Shown one piece after another: positions 1-6,900 of a DNA stretch of 32,000 nt; the first letter of the stretch is position 1; every line of letters starts with the position of its first letter. Source of the stretch: Candidatus Saccharimonadota bacterium (GTDB lineage Bacteria; Patescibacteriota; Patescibacteriia; 2-12-FULL-60-25); assembly GCA_963718585.1 (NCBI GenBank), contig OY970357.1, positions 420,001 to 452,000 on the forward strand, written 5' to 3'. The notes below the pieces were generated by a model. That model worked only from the letters and a program-made list of their open reading frames with translations, had not been told where the DNA came from and ran no database searches. Made by a program: the position numbers and the translations under genes.

Positions 1-41
1 TATAGGGAAGGTGGATATTGAAGTCTGGCACGAAGGCCATT

Positions 42-71
42 TTGGCAGAAAACAGTGGAAAATGCTATCCT
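42..71 (+). promoter_or_regulatory. Putative sigma70-type promoter with leaderless geometry: TTGGCA-N18-(TGc)TATCCT-N8-ATG(80)
   Basis: -35-like TTGGCA at 42-47 and extended -10 TGcTATCCT at 63-71. The ATG at 80 follows 8 nt later, with no purine-rich SD in between. Confidence 0.4.
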
Positions 72-79
72 GTGGCCAT

Positions 80-717
80 ATGACAAATGAACTCTCCCGG
101 TTCGTCCGGGAGGCCTTAGGGAAAGGGGCGTCGCGTAAGGATATGCAGGCAGCCCTGAAGAAGGCCGGTTGGCCTGTCGATGAGATCAAAAACGCCCTCG
201 ATGGATATGCGGATCTCGCATTCGTCGTCCCTGTCCCTCGTCGGAAACCCTATCTGTCGGCCCGCGAGGCCTTCATGTACCTCGTCCTGTTTCATGACCC
301 TGTATATCAGTGCCGTAAGCATCGGGACACTCCTTTTCCAGTTCATCAATCGCGCGTATCCGGACGCCGTCAGCCTCACATATGGCGACACGACGTGCCA
401 ACGCGATCCGTTGGAGTACCTCCGCTGTCGTCATCGCCTATCCGGTGTTCATCTGGGTCTCCTGGCTCCTGGGACGCGCGATGAAGAAGGATCCGGAAAA
501 GCGCGGGTCCAAGATCCGGAAGTGGCTGACCTACATCACACTGTTCATCGCCGCCGGGATCATCATCGGTGATCTCATCACCCTGGTCTTCAACGCGCTG
601 GGCGGGGAATTGACCGCGCGATTCGTGTTGAAGGTCCTGGTCGTCGGCGGGATCGCCGGGCTCATCTTCGGTTATTATCTTTGGGACCTTCGAAAGGAGG
701 AGAAAGAAAACGTATGA
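80..717 (+). pseudogene. DUF5671-like membrane protein, interrupted by two +1 frame breaks (or assembly indels)
   Basis: Three overlapping ORF-track pieces join into one protein: MTNELSRFVREALGKGASRKDMQAALKKAGWPVDEIKNALDGYAD...AFMYLVLF | TLYISAVSIGTLLFQFINRAYPDAVSLTYGD | ANAIRWSTSAVVIAYPVFIWVSWLLGRAMKKDPEKRGSKIRKWLTYITLFIAAGIIIGDLITLVFNALGGELTARFVLKVLVVGG... The RKWLxYxTLF...IIGDL...GGELTxRF pattern matches my recollection of DUF5671. The breaks lie near 290-294 and 385-400. The stop is TGA at 715-717. Confidence 0.7.
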
Positions 718-1184
718 AGATCACACCCATCCACGGGTTCGTCGGTCTTGTCTCGCTCGGCGTCCTCGCGACGGTCGTCGCCGGATTTCTTCTCCGTCGG
801 TTCGCCGTCGTTGGAGCGCGCGCGCCGTCTGGATACGCAGCGCATCAATGACCTGGAGTCCATCGCCAGTTCCATCGATCAGTATTACAACAACGTGAAT
901 CATAGCCAGCTCCCCGCGTCGCTTGATGAACTGAAGCAGGAACGGAACATCTACATCGGGAACACCATCGACCCGGAGACCGGCTCGCCGTACGGATATG
1001 CGCGGATCGGCGATACGATCGTCGACGCAGTATGAACTCTGTGCGACGTTCAGCTTGGATACGAGTCAGGAGCAGGATGTGAACGCGCCGTCCCGTCCGT
1101 ATACGATGGGAACGAGATTTCTGGGATCATCCTGCGGGGTCCAAATGCTTTGAGATAACGGTCCAGCAATTTCCTACAAAGTAA
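714..1184 (+). pseudogene. Small N-terminally anchored secreted protein (CPR-type ...QRxxDL...YELCATF...WxHPAGxxCFE family), interrupted by three +1 frame breaks
   Basis: The ATG at 714 overlaps the upstream stop (ATGA). Frame 0 gives MKITPIHGFVGLVSLGVLATVVAGFLL (a TM helix). Frame 1 gives SLERARRLDTQRINDLESIASSIDQYYNNVNHSQLPASLDELKQERNIYIGNTIDPETGSPYGYARIGDT. Frame 2 gives YELCATFSLDTSQEQDVNAPSRPY. Frame 0 resumes with DFWDHPAGSKCFEITVQQFPTK and stops at 1182-1184. The family call is from memory only. Confidence 0.6.
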
Positions 1185-1198
1185 TCCGTCACACATAT

Positions 1199-2002
1199 AT
1201 GAAACATCCTCTCATCTCCGTCGGCTCGCTCTTCGATGCCGGCTGGCAGGCCGTACGCGAAGATTGGCGTACAACGCTGAATCTCACCGCCGGCTTGATC
1301 TCATACGTCATTGTTTTGGCCATCATCGCTAGTTGGATGAAGCGATACGTCGGTGCCCCCTCGATCCTCCTCCGTTTCGTGGTCATGATCGCCATCCTGG
1401 TCGGCGTCTGTTGGTTCGCAGTCCGGATCGCTGAATATTTCCTCGCAAAATCAGGTAAACCATCGAATAAAAGCACGTGGTGGAAGGTCGGACAGGCCTT
1501 TTTGGCTGTTCTCCTCACCGCGCCGCTCCTTCTCTTGGCGGCGATCCTCCTGTTCCTGCCGGCGATCTGGCTCGGGGTCATGCTCTCGTTCACATGGATC
1601 TTCATCGTCGATAAAGGCCTGAATGCACCCGAAGCGATGGCGGCGTCATGGAAGCATGTCCGTGGACGCTGGTGGCAGATCTTTCTTCGAGAATTGTTGC
1701 CGAAGCTGTTCTACATGATCTGTGAGCTTCTGCTGGCACTTCCGTTGATCTTGATCGCGATCGTCCTGTTCGGTTCTGTGATCTTCACCTTCTTCATTGC
1801 TCCAAGCGGGATGATGGCTGTCGGCGGACCGCTACATGTCATAGTCGCGTCCTTGGGGCTCTGGGGAGTTCTTCTCGGCGTCTTCTTCTTTTTCCTCGCC
1901 ATCGCCTTCTATCTCGCCATCAACGTCGTGCGCATCCTGTACGCATTCAAGGTCATGGTCTCGTTGTATCGCAGTGCGTTAGAGCATCCCGTGGATCGAT
2001 AG
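1199..2002 (+). CDS. Polytopic membrane protein of unknown function (DUF975/GDPD-membrane-domain-like), paralog 1
   Basis: Intact 267-aa ORF with multiple long hydrophobic segments. It shares LPAIWLGVMLSF and GRWWQIF signatures with the next gene. Confidence 0.75.
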   Translation: MKHPLISVGSLFDAGWQAVREDWRTTLNLTAGLISYVIVLAIIASWMKRYVGAPSILLRFVVMIAILVGVCWFAVRIAEYFLAKSGKPSNKSTWWKVGQAFLAVLLTAPLLLLAAILLFLPAIWLGVMLSFTWIFIVDKGLNAPEAMAASWKHVRGRWWQIFLRELLPKLFYMICELLLALPLILIAIVLFGSVIFTFFIAPSGMMAVGGPLHVIVASLGLWGVLLGVFFFFLAIAFYLAINVVRILYAFKVMVSLYRSALEHPVDR

Positions 2003-2022
2003 GCCTCGCATCACCCAAACAT

Positions 2023-2754
2023 ATGTCTCATCTTGTCAGTAGCAAACAGTTGAAAGAGGAGTCTATCAAGCTCATGAAAGACGGTTGGTCTGCTGCGATG
2101 TGGTGGGTCGTCGGGGTCTTCATCGCACGATTGATCTTCCAGTTCGGTGTGATCGGTGTGTCCAGCGCGCCGCGACAGCTCTCAGTGCTTGCGACCCGTC
2201 TGACCGGCGGAGGTGTCCTGCTCGCTTTGGTGACGTTCGTGCTGGTCATGGGGCTCATCCGGGTCCTGCTACAGAAGGCTATACCGGATGCGAAGATCGC
2301 GTCATATCTCAACAGCCTTCTCGTCGTCTTCGTTGCCGGCATCGTCAATGTCGTCCTCGTGGGCGTCGGGTTTCTCCTCCTGATCTTGCCGGGGATCTGG
2401 CTGGGCACGATGTTCACCTTCTACACGATGGAGGTCATCGCGAACGATAAGGGGGTTTGGACGTCCCTGAAAGGGTCGTACGGATTGGTCAAAGGGCGCT
2501 GGTGGGCCGTGTTCGGCCGGATCGCCATGGCCGCCCTTTGGGCGATCCTCTTGTCGATCGGTCTGATCATCGTCGTGTGGGTGATCGGTCTGATCCCGGG
2601 CCTGCCCGTCGTCGTTCGTAATACGATCGACCAGATCCTGACCGCAGGCCTCGCGGCATTCGTCCTGTATTTCGTCATCTCATGGCAGGTCCTGCTTTAT
2701 CGTTCGGTCCGCATGACCGCGTCCGCGCACGAGCAGACGAAAAAAGCCGGCTGA
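2023..2754 (+). CDS. Polytopic membrane protein of unknown function, paralog 2
   Basis: Intact 243-aa ORF starting 20 nt after paralog 1. It shares LPGIWLGTMFTF and GRWWAVF signatures and the same hydrophobic layout. Confidence 0.75.
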   Translation: MSHLVSSKQLKEESIKLMKDGWSAAMWWVVGVFIARLIFQFGVIGVSSAPRQLSVLATRLTGGGVLLALVTFVLVMGLIRVLLQKAIPDAKIASYLNSLLVVFVAGIVNVVLVGVGFLLLILPGIWLGTMFTFYTMEVIANDKGVWTSLKGSYGLVKGRWWAVFGRIAMAALWAILLSIGLIIVVWVIGLIPGLPVVVRNTIDQILTAGLAAFVLYFVISWQVLLYRSVRMTASAHEQTKKAG

Positions 2755-2782
2755 TGGGTTGAACGTCAGATATTGCAAAGCG

Positions 2783-2812
2783 TTCCGGGTTCGCCCGGAA
2801 CTCTTGTTTTTT
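2783..2812 (+). terminator. Rho-independent terminator of the 80-2754 operon
   Basis: Stem TTCCGGG (2783-2789), loop TTCG, stem CCCGGAA (2794-2800), followed by the T-rich run ttgtttttt (2804-2812). An outer inverted repeat ATTGCAAA (2772-2779) / TTTGCAAT (2810-2817) flanks it. Confidence 0.7.
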
Positions 2813-2832
2813 GCAATGAAAACAGGTATCTT
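2804..2832 (+). promoter_or_regulatory. Putative promoter with leaderless geometry: TTGTTT-N17-TATCTT-N6-ATG(2839)
   Basis: -10-like TATCTT at 2827-2832 and ATG at 2839. The -35-like TTGTTT overlaps the upstream terminator T-run. Confidence 0.35.
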
Positions 2833-2838
2833 CCGCGC

Positions 2839-3825
2839 ATGATCGACTGGAAGACCCTCCCCCGCCCGATCGTGGCGTTGTCGCCCATGGCAGATATGAC
2901 GGATCTGCCGTTTTGTCTTATCTGCAAAGCCCACGGCGCTCCGCTCATGTTCCGGGAGATGGTATCGTCCGAAGCATTGATCCGAGAGAATCCGAAGACG
3001 CTTGAGATGGCGAAGTTCGATGAGCGCGAACGCCCTCTCATCCAGCAGATCTTCGGGTCGGATCCACACGTGATGGCCGAAGCGGCACGGATCGTCGAAG
3101 AGCGCTTTCACCCGGATGGGATCGACATCAACATGGGCTGTCCGGTCTATAACATCGTTTCAAACTTCAATGGTTCTTTCCTCATCAAGGAACCGGATCG
3201 CGCCGCAGCCATGATCAAGGCCATGAAAGCGGCGGTCTCTGTCCCGGTATCTGTGAAGACGCGACTCGGGTGGTCGGATGACCGCGAGATCCTTGAATTC
3301 GTGAAGGTCGTGGAAGACGCCGGTGCGGACCTCATCTCGATCCATGGCCGGACGAAGGAACAAGGCTATGCCGGGACCGCGAACTGGGATCGGGTCGGCG
3401 AAGCTCGTCAGAACACGTCCCTTCCGGTTTTGGTGAACGGCGATATACTGACCGTCGATGACGCGAAAGAAGCGTTGAAGCGTTCGCATGCGGATGGCGT
3501 GCTGGTCGGCCGTGGGTTTTTGGGAAACCCGTGGTTCTTCCGTGAGTTACAGCACGGTCTGCGGCCTGAAGAGTATCCGGCCGTGGATCCGCCGACATTG
3601 GAAGATCGGATCACGGTCGCGTCCGAGCACGCACGGCTGCACGTGGCGCGATATGGGAATCTCGTGAAGTTGCGCAAGCATCTTCCGTGGTATTTCAAAA
3701 AAGAACTGCGGACACAGTTCCCATGGATCGACTTCACAGACCTTCGTTCCAAACTCGTCCGTGTCTCTACGCTGGAAGAGTTGGAAGAGGTCTTTGGAGG
3801 CATCCGACAACCCGCGTCCGTCTAA
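2839..3825 (+). CDS. tRNA-dihydrouridine synthase (Dus family)
   Basis: Motifs DGIDINMGCP and SIHGRT, with a TIM-barrel-like layout. I chose the start at MIDWKTLPRPIVALSPMADMTD because the track ORF start at 2773 would lie inside the upstream terminator. Confidence 0.85.
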   Translation: MIDWKTLPRPIVALSPMADMTDLPFCLICKAHGAPLMFREMVSSEALIRENPKTLEMAKFDERERPLIQQIFGSDPHVMAEAARIVEERFHPDGIDINMGCPVYNIVSNFNGSFLIKEPDRAAAMIKAMKAAVSVPVSVKTRLGWSDDREILEFVKVVEDAGADLISIHGRTKEQGYAGTANWDRVGEARQNTSLPVLVNGDILTVDDAKEALKRSHADGVLVGRGFLGNPWFFRELQHGLRPEEYPAVDPPTLEDRITVASEHARLHVARYGNLVKLRKHLPWYFKKELRTQFPWIDFTDLRSKLVRVSTLEELEEVFGGIRQPASV

Positions 3826-3831
3826 ATAGAC

Positions 3832-3860
3832 AAAAGACCCGCCGACCGGCAGGTCTTTTT
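3832..3860. terminator. Bidirectional hairpin between convergent dus and M23 peptidase genes
   Basis: AAAGACCCGCCG-ac-CGGCaGGTCTTT, with an A-run on the left and a T-run on the right. It lies between the stops at 3825 (+) and 3859 (-). Confidence 0.65.
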
Positions 3861-5124
3861 AGTTTGATGGGATCGCAGGGAGATAGTTTTCCGGATTGAC
3901 GGGGATCCCGTTCAAACGCACCTCGAAGTGCAGATGTGGGCCGGTGGAGAGCCCGGCGCCCGGCTGACCCGGCATGCCGCCAGAAAGTCCGATCGTATCT
4001 CCGCGTGAGACATAGGTATCCGGTTTCGCGATGAACTTCGAAAGGTGGGCGTAGACGGTCGCGATGTTCCCTGGGTGGACGATCATCATGTAATTCCCAT
4101 ACATGCGTCCGAGCTTGGTCCATGCGACGTATCCACCTGCCGCGGCTTTGACCGGCGTCCCAACGGATGCGCGGATATCTTCGCCTGGATGCGGGAAGAG
4201 GTAGTTGAAGGGATAGGTCGGATCATGGAATTTTGCCGTGATCCCCCGCGTCGGATCCACCGGCCAATTGAGGACCGCATCCCCGCTCGCGAGAGATGTA
4301 TCCGCTGTATTGAGTTTATCTTTCAGCGCATCCTTGAGTTGAGAAATGTCGTCCGCTGTGGACTGCTGTTGTTGTTGGAGCTCGTAGAGCACCTGTTCAA
4401 AGCCCGATTGTTGATTCTTCGTCTCATCCGCAAGCGACGCCTTGAAGTTCCGTTCCGCCTCGAGTTGGAGCTGATCTTTTGAAATTTGTTGTTTGTTGTC
4501 TTCGATGTCCTTTTTCTTTTGATCCATCTGATCCTTATCGTCCTGAAGGGTCTGCTTCAGAGTTTTGACCTTATCGAGTGCTTCGGTCAGATCACGCTGG
4601 ACCTGTTTATCCGCCTCGATCTGGTCAAAGAAATCTGACAGAGACTTAGATGAGAGAAGGACCTCCACCATCGGCACATCATCCGATCGGGCGATGGTAC
4701 GGATCATCTCCGCAGCTTGGGTCTTTTGTGCGGCGATCCGTTGATCCTGATCCTCGATCTGTGCTTGAAGCGATTCGATCTCCAGCTGGGTCGTCTCAAG
4801 CGCGGCCTGGGCGCGTTGGATATCCAACTGTTTTTCTGCGATGCGGTTATCCAGGATCGAGACCTCGTTCTCCAAAGAGGTCTGCTGAGATTCTTGCTGG
4901 GAGATCTTGGCCTTGTATTTGCTGATCAGATCATCCAGTTCATTGACATGGTCCTGACTTTTTTGGATCTTGGAATTCAGGTCATTGACCTGTGACGTCG
5001 CACTCGTCGTATCCGTTGCCGCGTTCACAGATCGCACCGATCCGCCGAGGATGCAGAACACCAAACCAGCCACCAGTCCGGTGGAGGTCAACTTCAACCA
5101 AAGCGGAGATCTTCGCACGTACAA
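3859..5124 (-). CDS. M23 family metallopeptidase with N-terminal anchor and long coiled coil (EnvC-like)
   Basis: N-terminal hydrophobic segment LTSTGLVAGLVFCILGG, about 250 aa of Q/E/K/D-rich heptad-like sequence, and a C-terminal M23 domain with HPGEDI (HxxxD) and GPHLHFEV (HxH). Confidence 0.85.
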   Translation of the reverse strand: MYVRRSPLWLKLTSTGLVAGLVFCILGGSVRSVNAATDTTSATSQVNDLNSKIQKSQDHVNELDDLISKYKAKISQQESQQTSLENEVSILDNRIAEKQLDIQRAQAALETTQLEIESLQAQIEDQDQRIAAQKTQAAEMIRTIARSDDVPMVEVLLSSKSLSDFFDQIEADKQVQRDLTEALDKVKTLKQTLQDDKDQMDQKKKDIEDNKQQISKDQLQLEAERNFKASLADETKNQQSGFEQVLYELQQQQQSTADDISQLKDALKDKLNTADTSLASGDAVLNWPVDPTRGITAKFHDPTYPFNYLFPHPGEDIRASVGTPVKAAAGGYVAWTKLGRMYGNYMMIVHPGNIATVYAHLSKFIAKPDTYVSRGDTIGLSGGMPGQPGAGLSTGPHLHFEVRLNGIPVNPENYLPAIPSN

Positions 5125-5150
5125 AGTATAGAGGAAACGCAGACCTGCGG

Positions 5151-6632
5151 CTACCCGCCCAGGTGCGTGATCGCGTGATCGATCCGGTCAAGAGCCCGGT
5201 CCTTTCCGTACGCCCAAAGAAGTTCGAACGGACTCGGTGACTTATCTTGGGCTGAAAGCGCGACACGAAGGGGCCAGAGGACCTCTCCATTGGACCATTC
5301 ATGATCCGCGATCATCTGGCGGATCGGTCCTTCGAGCGTTTGCGAGCTATCGAACGCCTCATCCGAAAGATCTGCGATGGTCTTTCGAACCGCCTTTAAC
5401 CGTTCGACCGCATCCTCCGGAGATTGGGTCTTCCAGGTCAGTGTGGATACGGAAAAATCGTATGCGGGTTTGAAGAAATAGCCGGTGAGCTCTTCTGCGT
5501 CCTGCGGATGGACCAATCGATCGCGGATGAGGAGGAGGCAGCGGTCGCTGAACGCGTGGTCATCGCTCTTATCTACGACAAAGGGCGTGACGAGTTCAAG
5601 ATATCGTTCGACCGGGATGGAACGCAGATACTGATTATTCATCCAGTCGAGCTTCTCAAAGTTCACGACCGCGCCGGCTTTGTTGATCTTGTGCGGATCG
5701 AACATGTCCACCAGCTCCTGTTTTGAGTAGATCTCCCGATCACCGGTCGGATTCCAGCCCAAGAGCGCGACGAAGTTCACGAGCGCTTCCGGGAGATAGC
5801 CCTTGTTCAGATAATCCTCGACTGCGACATCGCCTTGTCGTTTGGAGAGCTTACTACGGTCCGCATTCAACAAGAGCGGGAGGTGCGCGAACTTCGGCGG
5901 TTCCCATCCGAATGCGTCGTAGATGAACAGATGCTTCGGCGTCGAGGGCAGCCATTCTTCCCCACGGAAGACGTGTGAGATCTCCATGTCGTGATCATCG
6001 CACGTCGCGGCGAGATGATAGGTCGGAAATCCATCAGACTTGAAGATGATCGAGTCGTCGATCAATGACCAGTCGAAGGTCACATCATCGCGGATCAGGT
6101 CGTAGACCGTCACGTTCCCCTGTTTTGGGAGCTTTAACCGGATGACATGCGCTTCTCCGTCCTTCACGCGCTTTGCCGCTTCATCAGGTGGAAGTGCGCG
6201 GCAATGACCGTCGTACATCGTCGGTTGGCCTGCAAGTTGCTGGGCTTGGCGGACCTCGGTCAGCCGTTCTTCTGTGCAAAAACAATAGTAAGCCTTCCCC
6301 TTTTCGATCAGTTGTTCCGCATAGGCGCGATGCCGGTCCGCGCGTTTAGATTGGATGTATGGGCCGTAGTCACCGCGTTCCGTGAGATTTCCTTTTGCAT
6401 CGAACCAGACGCCCTCATTCGGGATCACGCCGCACGCTTCGAGCGAACGACAGATGTTCTCGATCCCTCCCTCTACCGTGCGGGCTTGATCCGTGTCCTC
6501 CACGCGGAGGATGAAGTCCCCGTCGTTATGACCGGCCATGAGGTCATTATAGAGGGCGGTCCGAAGGCCCCCGATATGCAAAAACCCCGTTGGACTGGGG
6601 GCAAAGCGGACGCGAACACGCGAGTCTGACAT
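5151..6632 (-). CDS. gltX: Glutamate--tRNA ligase
   Basis: Class I signatures PSPTGFLHIGGLRTALYN (HIGH-type) and KLSKRQG (KMSKS-type). I chose the start at MSDSRVRVRF (6632) rather than the track start at 6662. Confidence 0.9.
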   Translation of the reverse strand: MSDSRVRVRFAPSPTGFLHIGGLRTALYNDLMAGHNDGDFILRVEDTDQARTVEGGIENICRSLEACGVIPNEGVWFDAKGNLTERGDYGPYIQSKRADRHRAYAEQLIEKGKAYYCFCTEERLTEVRQAQQLAGQPTMYDGHCRALPPDEAAKRVKDGEAHVIRLKLPKQGNVTVYDLIRDDVTFDWSLIDDSIIFKSDGFPTYHLAATCDDHDMEISHVFRGEEWLPSTPKHLFIYDAFGWEPPKFAHLPLLLNADRSKLSKRQGDVAVEDYLNKGYLPEALVNFVALLGWNPTGDREIYSKQELVDMFDPHKINKAGAVVNFEKLDWMNNQYLRSIPVERYLELVTPFVVDKSDDHAFSDRCLLLIRDRLVHPQDAEELTGYFFKPAYDFSVSTLTWKTQSPEDAVERLKAVRKTIADLSDEAFDSSQTLEGPIRQMIADHEWSNGEVLWPLRVALSAQDKSPSPFELLWAYGKDRALDRIDHAITHLGG

Positions 6633-6639
6633 GAATCCA

Positions 6640-6668
6640 ATGCTACGGGATTTGCATCCCAATGTCGA
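6640..6668 (-). promoter_or_regulatory. Putative promoter with leaderless geometry (minus strand): TCGACA-N17-TAGCAT-N7-ATG(6632)
   Basis: The reverse complement of 6663-6668 is TCGACA and that of 6640-6645 is TAGCAT. Seven nt separate the -10 from the gltX ATG. Confidence 0.35.
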
Positions 6669-6760
6669 GATTTTGGCTTAGATCGAAAGGGGGTCGAAGA
6701 ACGGCTCTATAAAGCCAACGTCATTTCGCTTCATTGAGCCAAGAATACGACATCGATCGG

Positions 6761-6789
6761 TTGACAAAAGCCTCTTTTCATGCTATCTT
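6761..6789 (+). promoter_or_regulatory. Near-consensus sigma70-type promoter: TTGACA-N17-(TGc)TATCTT
   Basis: TTGACA at 6761-6766, a 17-nt spacer ending in TGc (extended -10), and TATCTT at 6784-6789. No ATG follows within 11 nt, so a leader of about 105 nt to the ATG at 6901 is implied. Confidence 0.5.
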
Positions 6790-6900
6790 ACCCTGTTTCG
6801 AGTCGGGCTCTGCCCTCTCGAACGCGGTATGCTTCCACCGCAACGGAAGCGTCACATTCGTCCCTTCGAAAACTTCAGAGGGAAAGAAAGCAGGTCACAC

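Noticed and set aside
6829-6900. Upstream in-frame ATG (6829) as the lipoprotein start
   Set aside because: It would add 24 highly charged residues (MLPPQRKRHIRPFENFRGKESRSH) before a canonical MHK-hydrophobic-LVAC signal, and it sits in the base of a predicted hairpin. It is kept as an alternative only.
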